A stretch of 64,000 nucleotides of DNA. It comes from Sphagnum compactum. Its lineage: Eukaryota. Shown here piece by piece: positions 1 to 13,080 of the stretch (the stretch's first letter is position 1; the number at the start of each line of letters is the position of its first letter). Location: the NCBI GenBank assembly GCA_965153455.1, contig OZ234493.1:31672213-31736212 (forward strand). Reading direction: 5' to 3'. The notes under the pieces are model-generated. The model had not been told where the DNA came from and searched no databases. It saw only the letters and a list, made by a program, of their open reading frames with translations. The position numbers were made by a program, and so were the translations under genes.

Positions 1-239
1 TTGCTCCTCAATCCCGGAACCCTAATCCTGGCAGCAGCAGATTCCAAGCCCCATGCACTCTTTGCCTCCTCCCATGCTCCTTTCACTCCACAACTGGTCT
101 GCAGGGACGAGATCAAGAGCGAAGTCGACGTAGTAGTAGAACAAGAACAAGAACAAGAGGAAGAAGAAGACGACGAAGAAATAGGAGGAGGAGGAAGAAG
201 AAGGGAAGAGGATGGTGATGAGAAAACTAGTGCAGGCAT
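1..239 (-). CDS. 5' part of an unidentified gene running off the left edge; Ser-rich N-terminus resembling a plastid transit peptide
   Basis: The minus-strand ATG at 239-237 opens a frame with no stop to the window edge: MPALVFSSPSSSLLLPPPPISSSSSSSCSCSCSTTTSTSLLISSLQTSCGVKGAWEEAKSAWGLESAAARIRVPGLRS. A CT-repeat-rich leader (~529-555) lies upstream. It is absent from the ORF track because it has no stop in the window. Confidence 0.6.
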   Translation of the reverse strand, partial: MPALVFSSPSSSLLLPPPPISSSSSSSSCSCSCSTTTSTSLLISSLQTSCGVKGAWEEAKSAWGLESAAARIRVPGLRS

Positions 240-530
240 TGTTATTACAAAAGGCTACCGTAAACCCACAAGTACCACAAAACAGCTACGGCACCCAAGC
301 TTGATATGCGCTTCTTCTTCTGCCAAGCTGCTGCTGTTGCTTTCTGGAGAGAGAACAAGAAACAGACAGAGAGACAGCCAGACAGAAGAGACGAGGGTTT
401 CTACTTTAGGGTTTGCGGATTCGAGCTTTCCTCGACACGGCCCCGAATCCAACGCCGACAAGAGTGCGAGAAAGGCACAACAGTGTCGGAAAAAGCGACA
501 AAAGCCACCAGAAGCTTGTGAGACAGACCC

Positions 531-561
<31 letters not shown>

Positions 562-1887
562 CCTCCCTAGGGCTTAGAGTTTAGGGTCTGTGTCTCTGTG
601 TCTCTTCTTGAGCACCTTCTTCATGTGATGAACTTAAGATCTTATTGCAAATAAATTGCATTCTCGAATAATCTAAGTTCTATTTTGGGATGAAACACCT
701 AAGTTTCTGTACCAAGTTTCTCATAATGAAAGGTGAGGCAATTGTCAGGTCCCTTGACACCAGCAGCCAGAAGAATTGTTGATCACTGAAAAAATAATTC
801 AGTTTTGTAAGCTTCTGCTAGACAGGAACAAACAATCAATCAGACAATGAAATCCAAAGCCCAGAACCAAAGACTTCAGATTTCAGCAAGAACACAATTT
901 AGGGTTGTCAGAAAAGGAAACATTTATATTACAAGTAGAAGTCTTCTCCACACTGCTTGAGAACCCTTTGCTGGTAATGGGATTCTTAACCTTGCAACAG
1001 GAAACCCACTGGTTGTCTCTGTAAACAATTCCGAAAGGCAGACAAGCTGCCAAATAAGATACAAACTAAAACTAAAACCAGTGTCTGCGTGGTACACTAC
1101 TGTTACAGAATCTCAAGAGCAACTTGTGAAGCTGTCATCACTCGAGAGCCCCTGGGAATAGCTGATGTAACTTTCCACCACAGTTACAAAAAAAAAGCGC
1201 ACCCCAAAACCCATAACAGCCCATGAACAATTTCTGTTCCTCTGGGACCAATGGTAGAATTTGAAGCTTGTTGAGCCAAAACGAATCCTCTGTTGCACTT
1301 CAACAATGTAAAGGGTGGTGCTAGAAAATGGAGTCAGGAATGTTCATACTCTCTGCAAAGCATTTGAAACAGAATTTGTTCAAAGCTGATTACTAAAGAC
1401 CCACAGCAGCAGCCACATGAGAAGTTTTAACACAAGATGCTGAAAACATCCAGGGTTTGTAGCTAAGATCTCTTTGACTGAGGATTGCCAAAAATGTCAT
1501 CATGTGGATATAATGATATAGCCGTAGCATATTGGCAGACAGGCAATCCCAAATAGAAGCCCATATAAACCTGTGCCTTCTTTGATTACAAAAGCCTTTC
1601 TTGACCTTAAATTTCATGCCTGCAGAAAAGCTGTGCTCAGTTCTCCATACAAATTCAGGCAAGCATCAAATGACCTGCTTGCCTGTACTAATTCCTTGCC
1701 CTAGAATGAATCCTTCACACTGACTACAGAAACCATAGGGGAGGAAAGATAGGTAGGTGGCAGCATTCTTTTCGTGACAAGAGGTCGGTCAGTCAGTAAG
1801 TTGGTCTCATGCCTCTAACCTAGGTGGAAGGTGTCCCAGGGAGTTGATGAGCTCCATATCCATCAATACATATGAACAAAGTGGATA

Positions 1888-3937
1888 TTAACTGTCACCA
1901 AATATAGTTGAGAGCACCAGCTGTTGCATAAATTTGGCACGGAGCGCTGCATCTTTTGACTTCTGTTCCCGCTCCTCTGCTGTTAATGAGGCATCCTCCA
2001 CACTGTCCCAGGAAAGCCAGAGTACCAAGACAAATGAGAATCATCATCAAACTCCAGGACCTATTGCACAGAGCATGATCTTTGTTGCATGAGTGTGCTG
2101 CTCTTGTACTCAAGAGGTGCATTGTGCTCAAACAGGCTAACAACAGGAAATGGAAAATCTCTTTTAAGACTATTCTACAAGGGTTTGCAGCAGCACTAGG
2201 TGCCAGATCAAGACCCTATTATAGAGGAGAGAAAGTGTGTCAACCTGGAACTTTGCTGATGAATGGTCGTCATGGGTTTGGCAGGAGTATCAACTGTTAA
2301 ACTCGGTTTGAGGGGATCTTCTGCCTCAGAGATGGGGAGGCTGCTGAAATTGAGGTTTGAGAGAAGGGGATGATCTGCAGCATTGGTGCTGACAGAGTCA
2401 ATGCGGGATGTGCCACCCCCAAAAAGGGCTTGCAGTTGCACTTCACGAAGTTCTTTGCTGAGAAGAGAGAGTGTGGTGCTTGATGACGTGCCTCCTCTTC
2501 GAAATCTTCTCCGGCGCTGCATGTAAGCAGCTGTCAAGGCTTTCACTTATTGATCAGAATGAAGTATTTCTGTGCAGGTCTCAATTTGTGTCAGATTCCG
2601 ATGGATGGGCAACTCCGACTACAAACCTCATGCACAGCTAGAATTCAAAATCAAACCCAGAACAGCAAATTCAAAAAAGGATATCTTAAAGAGATTTGCA
2701 TGCTGCATTGTGACATGGCCCACCATGTCCTTTCCTATCTTTGTTGCGCAAACTGGGCAGATCTGTGGAGATCATCCAACATATATATAAGTAACATTTT
2801 AACTCCACAAGAATAGAGCTTTTGTGAAATAGACGGCACCCAAAATAGCTTCAGGTTTGCACAGCTTTTGTCCCAAAGGAAAAAGGAGAGCATGGCCACA
2901 AAGACTCCAAACTCAGGCAGCTGGTTTAAACTCTTAAAATTTCAGGAGACACTAACCTACAAATTAGACAGCCTATGCAAAGAATTGAGTCCTCACAGCA
3001 GGTACCCAGCCTTGTAATCAAATAACAGATCTTGCTGCCACAAATGCTGCAAAGAATCTTTGCAAAATACAAGATTTCTTCAGAAGAATGACTATGTGGA
3101 GAATATTCACACATAAGATGACGACAGTTGTGGAGTTTCCCATAGAAGAAAAAAAACATCATGGTGCCTACATGTGCTCAGAATAAAACACCAGCCCCCC
3201 CTCCCCCCTAAAATAAATTAAAAAAAACAAATTGCAAACATCTGGGTCCTGACCAGGTAAACCCACCCAGGGATGGATGTGAAAAACACCATGATCCTGG
3301 TGACTATAACAAGCGAGGGAAATAGCACTTACAGCGGGTGTAGACTCAAAGCAGTGCTCATCTTCAAGATGATAACACAAGGATGTGATGTCAAAGTCTT
3401 CAAAGCAGTATGGGCATGAGAAATCCAGCTGCTGCTGCCGCAACACAACATCCTGATCCTCACCATCCACGTCATCAAGGAAAATATGTCGATCTGCAAA
3501 AATCCCAACACAATTTCCTCAGCTTCTGACAACAAACCCCAAGACCCATTTCCTCAATGGCAATGAACCAAACCCTTAACCCTCTTTCCCACCCAAATTC
3601 ATCGATCTGTAAGAGAGAGACTTCCATATCCATCTTGTTTGTTGTTCCAACAACAACAGCAGTGATGATAGATAACTGTGAAAGAAAAAAAGAAAAAAAG
3701 AAAAAAAGAGAAAAATCTCTGAAACAATAATATCACTAGCTGGGGAGTGGACTCACTAGTGCTTGGGAACCCTCATAATGATGGACTCCAAACCAAGGGA
3801 AGCTGGTTGAGTACACCAACCAACACCAAAAGCCTAAAAAATCACATACCTAAGTGCGCGGAGGAGTGTGAAGGCTGGAAATTGTGATGCTGTCGCTTGG
3901 AATTGGCCATACGCGCCGCCCAAAGCTCTCCATCCAT
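1888..3937 (-). CDS. DI19: Di19 (dehydration-induced 19) family zinc-finger protein, 5 exons, 239 aa
   Basis: Exons 3937-3850, 3493-3333, 2762-2685, 2522-2245, 2002-1888 splice in frame (720 nt). They give MDGELWAARMANSKRQ..., FSCPYCFEDFDITSLCYHLEDEH, ICPVCATKIGKDMVGHVTMQHANLFK, MQRRRRFRR..LSLLSKELRE and C-terminal RAKFMQQLVLSTIFGDS*, all typical of Di19. Intron 3 is AT-AC. Confidence 0.93.
2523..2684 (-). other. U12-type (minor spliceosome) AT-AC intron in the Di19 gene
   Basis: 5' splice site ATATCCTTTT at 2684-2675; branch site GCCTTGAC at 2540-2533; 3' end ...GCTTAC|ATG at 2523. Removing it joins HANLFK to MQRRRR in frame. Confidence 0.92.
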
Positions 3938-4479
3938 GGTGGTGTTCTAACTTCCTTGACCTCCTCCTCTCTTCCTTCACCCTCAAAAAACTTGCCTGCA
4001 CTTGCGACTTCTTTCTTTTCGCCCCAGAGAGAAGAAGCAAAGGCTTTTCCTTCTGTCAGTTCTCTTTCTTCCTTTCTGGGTTTTCTTGTCTCCCCTCCCT
4101 GAAGCTCCCAACTTCTCCGTAATCCCCAAAACCAACTCTGCCTCCTTGTGGAGCCCCGGGCTAAGCTATTATCTCCCCCACAACCACCCTAATTTTTTTC
4201 CCTTGTTTCTCTCTATTCTTCTTCAATTCTTGGCTTCTTCGAGATCCAAAATTCACTATACAAATAAAAAACACTACTGTTCACGGAATTCTTCCTACCC
4301 GCAAAAATAATCTCTCCCCAATGTCGACCGAATTGGAACTTTCCAAGTGCGAAATTGGCAACTCTCGACCGACCGACCGACCGACTTCTCTCTCTCGAAG
4401 CTGCTCGGGAGCAGAGGAAGCTTCACGGCTATGGCGGCTGGCTAGCTAGCTGGGGGCATTCATCACCGGGTATGTTTAG

Positions 4480-4954
4480 GTTATTAAAAAGGTTATCAAA
4501 CAATCAATACCTGGCTGGTAAACGAGGACCCCACGTTCTCGCCGACGTTGGGCGGTTTTAAGCTCGGTGGGAACATAGAACCGGAAGGTAAGTTAGCGGG
4601 TATACGTCTACCCTTGGCCGCCCACGGCCGTCACAACCGCAGAACGGGTGTGACCCGTGTTGTCGGCCGGTTACTGTGTTTCTACCCGGTTATCATTCAG
4701 GTTATCAGCTGCTGTCGGCCGGTTACCGGGTTTATATCCGGTTCTCTTTCAGGTTATCAATTCGCTTGTTCGTGACCTGTCGGTCCGTCATTGCGTTTCT
4801 TGATAACCGGTTGGTACTAGGATTTCGAGATCTAGTACCCTGCCCGGATGACCGGGTCCATCATCCAGGTGGGTAGGTTATCAACTTAAAAAAACACTCA
4901 ACATTTTTTATGATAGAAAAGAGAAAGACAGGAAAAAAATTTAAAAAATAAAAT

Positions 4955-4985
<31 letters not shown>

Positions 4986-5175
4986 TGTATATATACAATT
5001 TAACTTTGTTAAAACCCCGAGAATCAATCGACTTAGTCACCCGGCAGGATAACAGGCGGTTATCAACTGGTTATCTGATAACCTGCCCCACTTCATAACC
5101 GGAAACCCCAACTGTTGATAACCTGATTGACGCTCCGATGTTTTGATATTGATAACCTAACTGGTGTCCCAAAAA
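4480..5175. repeat. Dispersed repeat rich in GGTTATC/GATAACC motifs (MITE-like), copy 1
   Basis: Many GGTTAT/ATAACC/ACCGG words. Shares blocks such as gtaggttatcaa...aaaacact(c/t)aacatttttatgataga and ttgatattgataa with 33180-33665. Confidence 0.6.
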
Positions 5176-6609
5176 ACCATTTCTTCCCAAAAAAAAAGAA
5201 AAAAAGAAGCCCTGACCAATGGGGGTTCAATGAGAATTGCCAATTTTTTTTTTTTGAAACATTTTCCAAAACTCAAAAAACTTGAGATTGTTATGGTTAT
5301 AATATATATATATATTTTTTCAAGAAATCGGAAATGAGGTTTCGCAAATTTTCATAAAACCTAAAACCAGAAGTTCTTATATATATATATATATATAATT
5401 TTTATTTTATTTTTTATTTTTTAAAATGGAAGATGGATGAAATCTAGGAAAGACGGAATTATGTTAGAACATAAAGTCTAAAGAAACCTTCAAATGTTTC
5501 TTTAACAAGTATTGAAGAGATCAAAGGTGACCAAAGGGGACTACATCATTTTACACATGTTTAGGGTTCACATATAAACCTTCCCAATGCCTCTTCATAC
5601 ATATTATACCTACATTTCCCTCTTACAAAACACTCCAATAATTATAATCAAAATTTCATCTAGAGCAACATAATTGTATGTGTATTTTGTGTTTTCTTTA
5701 TTCAATTTTGAAGTGCGAAACATATTCAATAAAACCCATTTAATATACAACTTTTTCAATGCATTGGCTTTGGGCACATGGGTTTTGGGTTTTATTTCCG
5801 CATTTGGTGAATGTCTCCAAAAAATCAACAAAATTAGTTGAATAATTTAAACTAATTTTTTTTTCCCCAAAAATTCCTCCATTTCTTTTTTTGCAAAAAA
5901 AATGACAAAATTTGTCCCCAAAAAAATCGTTAATTTAATTTGGGTTCAACCTTAAAATAAAACCATTCCCCTTTTGAAAATCGAAAGAATAGAGATCATA
6001 AAAACATTAATTCTTATTACAACCAACCTTAAGATCACACAAATGTTGTTGCGAACTTAGTGATCCACCTTGAGCTCTTCCTTATTGATCTAAATAGGAA
6101 ATGAACACCTCATGCAAATGTTACCTACCCTAGAAGACACATGGATAAGGCCATCATTTTGTGCATTGAGGAATTTCACATTAAACTTAACTTGAGACTA
6201 TTAAAGCCACTCGATGAAACTATTAGGTTTTAGATATTTAAATGAAATAAGAGCAAAAAAATGAACATTTCAATTCTACAATATTAAATAACAAATAGTC
6301 ACAAAAAGTTTATGGAACTGATAGTTCAAATAGATTACAGGTTTTTCTCATGCAAACAATTGAAACTTACCCAAAAAAAAAAAAAAACATACAACTTCAA
6401 ACTTAAAACACAATGAAAAAAACAAATGAAAACAATGATTTCAAGTATACTTTTCCAAATCTTCAACATCAAGATCATAATATTACAACAAACAATGATA
6501 CATCTTCCAACTCCTTAGGTTTCCCCATATAAAATTTTTAAAGGGGTCAAAAACAATGGAAATCTCAAAAAATCAGAAAAATTGTCAAAAATCTCTCTAA
6601 AAACTCATA

Positions 6610-7035
6610 ATAAATTTTCAGTAGTCATTTCTAGTAGTCATTTTCGGTAATGATTTTCAATAATGATTTTTGATAGTAGTAATTTCCGATAATGATATCC
6701 AGTAGCAATTTCTGATAATAGTTTTTAGTAATGATTTTTGGTAGTAATTTTCAATTAGTGATTTTCAAAATAATAATTTCTGATAAGTTTTTTTACCTTT
6801 CAACATAAACATTTAAATAAACTTACTTCATAGTCCAAAAATATTGTACATGTAACACAAATATCTTAAGTAATTATAATTTGATAAAAGTAACTTAAGT
6901 AAATTAGTATAAAAAGTTGATATCCAACAAAGATATTTAAATAAACTTACTTAACATATTTCATAGTTCCAAAAATATGTGCATGTAACACAGAATATCT
7001 CGAGTAACCATAACTTGATAAAAAAGTAACTTGGT
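6610..7035. repeat. Degenerate ~14-bp tandem array followed by a ~125-bp tandem duplication
   Basis: Repeated (t)agta(a/g)tgattttc-like units at 6610-6790. The block atttaaataaacttact...agttgatatccaa occurs twice (~6811 and ~6935). Confidence 0.6.
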
Positions 7036-7916
7036 AAGAAGTTGATATCCAAGAACCTCCATTGAACTTGCCATCACCCAAACAAATTCCAACTACTCCG
7101 CCATTCGTATTTCCATTATACAAATGCACATCGCAAACCTTCTAACATAATCAACTTGCAACAAACAACTCAAAACACCACACACATCCACAAAACAAAA
7201 CAAGAAGAAAAACTATCAAATAACCAATTCTTCGATCGTTTTTTACATTCAACAACTCGTTGCGCTTTTCGTTAGGTCTTTATTTTAATAGCATTCATTG
7301 TGCTTCCTTTCATCTCACACTTCAACTTTTTTCAATGCATTAGGCTTAGGTGGGTTTTTTTATTTTTTTTACTTTTAATTTTATGATATCAAAATTTGGC
7401 AAACAATTTATAATGTGTACTAAAAAAAAAGGAATATTTTTCAAAACTTTCACCTTTTTTCTTTTCCAGAAAAATGACAAAAAAATTTCCCAAAAAAATC
7501 ACTGATTTAATTAGTTTGGGCTCAAGTTTCAAACATTTCAATAATGGAATAAAATAAAATAAACCTTTTTTTTAAAAAAAAAAGTTGAAAAAATTCCGCT
7601 TGATGAAAGTCGGTACATTCATCCATTGTAGATTCATTCGTTGGAAGGAGACCAAGAGCGCTGTCAGGGAAGGTAGAGAGCTAGCGCGAGAGAGAGAAGA
7701 GAAGAGACGAGCGGGTGCCCGCGCGCGAGAGAGCGTTGCGAGGGGAGGCAGAGGTCGAGCGAGAGATTCAGAGAGGATAGTGGATCGAGGAAGGGACTGG
7801 AAAGGATTCGAGATTTGCGGGATCAAGGACGCGAATGCAGGGGAGGAGAGAGAGAGTGAATTCAGCAAAGGAGAAAGGAGCAGCAATAATAAAGGAGTAG
7901 TAAAAGAGAAGAAGAG

Positions 7917-10900
7917 ATGGCGGCGGTGGAAGAGCCCTTGTATCCGATTGCTATACTCATCGACGAGCTGAAGAACGATGATATACAGCTGCGACTCAAT
8001 TCCATCCGCCGGTTGTCCACCATCGCGCGTGCGCTTTGCGAGGAGCGGACGCGTACGGAACTCATCCCCTTTCTTAGCGAGAATAATGACGATGATGATG
8101 AGGTTTTGCTGGCCATGGCAGACGAGTTGGGAGGTTTCATTCCTTACGTTGGCGGTGTGGAGTACGCGCATGTTCTGTTGCCGCCGTTGGAAACGCTTTG
8201 CACCGTTGAAGAGACGGTTGTTCGAGATAAGGCAGTGGAGTCGCTCTGTAAGATTGGAGTCCAGATGAAGGAGCGTGACGTCGTGGACTGGTTCATTCCT
8301 CTTGTCAAGGTGAGAGAGAGAGAGAGAGAGAGAGAGCGCGCGCGCTCTTTGACCTCCCTCCTTTAGGGTTTCAGTCTTTGACCTCCTGCTCCTAGGGTTT
8401 CAATTCAGTTGAGGGGCTCCAGAGCGCAGGATTGCTTAATGTGCATTGGAGGAGCAGAACCTAGTGCGAGAAGGCGGACAGCTCCATCGAAGATTGTTTC
8501 CTGGGGTCTGTTTACTGAATGATGAGCATGACGTACTTTTGTAGCTCCACGTTTGAAGTTGTATTTCTGTTTGATGATCCGGTGGTTTTGTGTAGAGGCT
8601 TGGTGGTGGTGAATGGTTCACTGCTCGGGTATCAGCCTGTAGCTTGTTTCATATTGCATACCCAAGTGCCCCAGATCTTCTCCGGGCTGAGCTGCGGTCT
8701 GTTTACAACCAACTGTGTCATGATGACATGCCCATGGTGCGAAGATCAGCTGCATTGAACCTTGGGAAGTTTGCAGCAACGGTGGAACCCTCATACTTGA
8801 CATCTGACATCATGGCCTTCTTCAGAGATCTTACCACTGATGGTAACCTTCATATCTTTCTCTTGTGTATCAATTGTGCAATGTAAGCACCAGGTGTGCA
8901 CATGGTTGAAAGAGAAGTGAGAATTTCAGTGAATTGAACCTACCGATACTAGGGCATGAGACCACATTCTCTGTGATATGCAGAAACTTAGCACCCTACA
9001 CTAAAGGTTGGATGGACCTTAAGCCAATTGGCACATGATCATGTTCACGATGATTCTGCATTAGCCAAGTACCATACAATGGCGGTTGGATGCGCCTGAA
9101 GCCAATTGGCTCTAAGTGCATGATGATTGCTTGTGTGTGGGTCTTAAAGCTTAATTCTATGCTGTGCAGTGCACATGGCAACACTGGAAAAACCAACATA
9201 TTCTCCTTTTCTATTTTGACCCATGCAAAATTACATCTTCATTCTATTGTTCTATGAATTGGTGAGGATACAGGCTTTCAACTTTGCATCCTGGATCTAC
9301 AGCTGAGTATTCATGTTAGTTCAAGCAATGTCAACAGATCTTAGTGCACAGATCTGTATTGCACTGATACGTGCAAGACTTCACATGCATTGTCATGTTC
9401 TAATGTATGTCGATGTTGGGAGCTGCTGAAGCCAGTGTGCAGTGATAGCACATTGTCAGTGCCATGCATGGTGATAGTGATGGTCATACATTTTGGGACT
9501 GATTATCACAAGGTGAACACAGCACTCTAATTGTTGTGTTGGTCTAGACATAATGTAGATGGATGCCAGTGTGTCTGGGACATTCACATGTGTGTGCTAG
9601 AGTAAACTCTGCAGTGATGTAGATAGACATTTAAATAATGATGCACTTGAGCAACATTTGATGGAGCCTGTGGCATGCCTGCACACCAATGTTTGCTACA
9701 TAATGATTGGATTATCAATCTTGAGAACTGGTGTTTGGGTGCAGATCAAGACTCAGTACGGTTACTGGCAGTGGAGGGTTGTGCTGCACTTGGCAAGCTA
9801 TTGGAGCCTGCAGATTGTGTCACAAACATTCTTCCTGTCATTGTTGATTTCTCTCAGGTGTGATGTGTACTAAACCCTTGTTCATACTTGCATGTAACAG
9901 TAGATAAAAATCCTCTTGTCCATTGTTTTGCCCACTGGTTCACACTGATACTTGAAGTGCCAGCTACCCACTTGGGTAACCTGTTTTAGCACACAAACAG
10001 CATCTTGTGAGGAATCTATCTGCTGGCATGCAACTTATACTAACCAGTGATGCCACCTCATGGCTCCTAGTATGCAAATGCAAGAAGCACTGCAATATGT
10101 GGGCAGATGGATTTGCTCATATTCTGAAGCCACTATTGGAACACAACTTCCACTATCTTCTACCTCTGGATTGCATCTTTAATAATTAGTGGGTGTGGTT
10201 TGCATTTTCTTAGACAAGTTGAATTGTACTGCACTAACTTCTAATCCCTTGTACATGGTCTTCATTATTGTAATGGTCATTAGTCTGAGTAGTGGTCTGC
10301 TAGTAAAACATTCTCATAGTAATGTAGTATCATTCCCCAAGAGGAAAGTGACAAATGCTTGTGTTGTAATCTGCATGAAGTTCTCCTCATGATGGAAGGA
10401 TGATGCTGTGAGGGTTCAGGACAAGTCATGGCGTGTGCGTTATATGGTCGCAAACCAGTTGTATGAGCTCTGTGCTGCAGTAGGACCTGAGCCTACAAGG
10501 TGATTATCTGCATGTGGAAACTATCAAGTTGCAAACTGTTCTTCTATTTTGAATGGAGAGGGATCATTCAATTTCCAAAGATACATGTGCATCTATTAGG
10601 CATGTTCACACATTTGTGTCCATTGAACCTGTATGTGTGTTCATGTATGTTGTCCTTTGATTGGGATGATGGCCTATAGAACAGAGCTAGTACCAGCTTA
10701 CATACGGCTACTTCGGGACAATGAGGCAGAGGTCCGTATCGCAGCAGCAGGGAAAGTGACCAAGTTTTGTGATATTGTTGCACCACAAGTCGCCTCCCAA
10801 CACATTCTTCCTTGTGTCAAGGTGTGTCTTCCAAATGCGTTTTCTTCTGAATGCTTGTGAGGTGTGCATCTGTGTAGTGTAAGTTGAGATCCTAGAGTTT

Positions 10901-13080
10901 TTTTGGTACTTGTTCTTGTTTAGGCAGACTGTTGCACCAATCCATCTTGCCAATTTAAGCCAGGCAAACTCCTTTTGTGGTTCTTTTGAAGGTGATGGTC
11001 TGATACTTTGTGAGTGACAGTCACAAGGTTATGACTGCACTCTTTCTTGGCCTGTTTATTTCAGGGTTTGGCTGGAACTGACATTCTAGTCACCATCAAC
11101 ATATTGTGGAGATATCTCTGCAATCTCACAGATATCTGTTCTGAGACCAACATATTTTGTCCTGGTGATGGTGAGAAATTTGCAGGAGCTGTCAACTGAT
11201 TCATCACAACATGTGCGTGCAGCACTGGCATCAGTTATAATGGGCATGGCTCCTTTGCTTGGGAAGGTTAGTTGTGGGATGGTTATCAGCATTCTGCTTT
11301 TCTGTACATATCATGCTTTAACAGTATGCAGATGTAGGTACTTACACATGAAATTGTGAGTGATTTTCTTCTGCAGGAAGCAACTATTGACCAACTTCTA
11401 CCAATTTTTCTTGCCCTCCTTAAAGATGAGTTTCCAGATGTACGACTCAATATCATTAGCAAGCTTGATCAAGTCAATCAGGTATGTTTTATGGTATTAT
11501 GAGATGACATAATCTGCAGCTTTGTACTGTTGAGTTGTTTCACAGCTGCTGGACTTATGGATTTTCTTACAATATGTTTTATCATGATATAAAGGGTTAA
11601 GTTTTTTTGGATGCAGGTGATAGGCATTGATTTGCTATCACAATCTCTGTTGCCAGCGATTGTTGAGCTAGCAGAAGACCGACATTGGCGTGTGCGTCTG
11701 GCTATCATTGAATACATCCCTCTGCTTGCTAGCCAATTAGGTGTTGACTTTTTTGATGACAAACTGGGGGCCCTATGCATGCAGTGGCTTGGAGATCAGG
11801 TCTATGCTTCTTCCTGACTGATACAGAGATTATCCCGAGTTTACACTCCTTGTCAGCTTTTTCATAGATTTGAGTCAATGTTTTATTGCTGTGTTTTGGT
11901 TCAGGTGTATTCTATTAGAGAGGCAGCAGCCAACAACCTGAAACACCTTGCTGAGGAGTTTGGGCCAGAGTGGGCTTTACAACATATCATTCCTCAGGTG
12001 TGTCTTCCAGTGTCAGTTCTCTCCTCCAGTTGTGTCACTACCGCTTTAGGTTTTTTTGAGGTGGATTCAAGAGGCTGATTTCACCACTGCAGGAATAAGC
12101 TCTGCTTCTTAAGAAAGACTTGGGTGCACCTTGGATGGAAGAGGCTTTGCCATGTGTATGTTCTAGACATTGAATATTTGTAGACAATTACAAACAGGGT
12201 TTTTGGAGATGGAATGAGAGTGGATGCAGGTGATGGAGATAATTAGCAACCCGCACTATTTGTACCGCATGACTGTGCTGGTAGCCATTTCACTTCTTGC
12301 ACCTGTAGTTGGGCCAGAAGCCACTTGCCAGGCCATGCTTCCTGTTGTTATCAATGCTGCAAAAGACAGGTCCATCTCTCTCTGTGCCTTTGGGTATTCA
12401 CACTGAGTGGGTGATAAAGCCAAGTCTTATCAGTAAAGTCTTAATGGCAATCTACATCTGAGGTTTTCTTGTTTGTCTTGGAAGCTTCTGCATGGAGAAC
12501 ATATGAGAAGTCCAAACTTGTCTGTGCTGTAAGTTGATAGTTCCCAGTTTTGCATTATGACCAAGCAGTTGTCTGTTTTATGCTTGATGTTAACAGGGTC
12601 CCTAACATCAAATTCAACGCTGCCAAGGTGCTTCAATCCATGATCCCCATTGTTGATTCTACAGTAAGTAGCACCTTCCAGGAGTTAACAAGTACTTTCT
12701 TGTGCTTTGGTATTGTTTAGCTGGTCCTGAAACATTGATTCTTACTATAACTGTTTCTGACAGCTCTCTCATCCCTGGGAAGAAGTGCATCCCAATTGAG
12801 GCTAGGGTTGTTAGGTAGGACGATAGGGCAATCTATTTAGAGGCCTGTGGTATCCTTTTGGTTTGTTTGGAAGGTGTTTTTCTGGATTCTGATTCCATAT
12901 ACAAATGCAAGTTCCAGATATGTAACCTTAAACTGAAGTGCTTTATCCTTGCATATCCTTCAGGTGGTGGAACAAACTATTCGGCCATGTTTATTGGAGC
13001 TCCAGGATGATCCAGATGGGGATGTGCGTTTTTTTGCTGGACAGGCCTTACAAGCCTGTGATCAGGTTATGTCTGTTTGA
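7917..13080 (+). CDS. PP2AA: Protein phosphatase 2A 65-kDa regulatory/scaffold A subunit (HEAT repeats), 12 exons, 586 aa
   Basis: Exons 7917-8309, 8596-8842, 9745-9857, 10420-10499, 10680-10821, 11186-11266, 11377-11481, 11617-11799, 11905-11997, 12230-12369, 12597-12663, 12964-13080. All are GT-AG and phase-consistent (1761 nt). Hallmark peptides: [76 protein letters not shown]. Confidence 0.98.

Noticed and set aside
1-570. 189-aa plus-strand ORF
   Set aside because: Antisense shadow of the minus-strand Ser-rich CDS and its CT-rich leader.
7572-8171. 199-aa minus-strand ORF
   Set aside because: Antisense to PP2AA exon 1 and its GA-rich leader.
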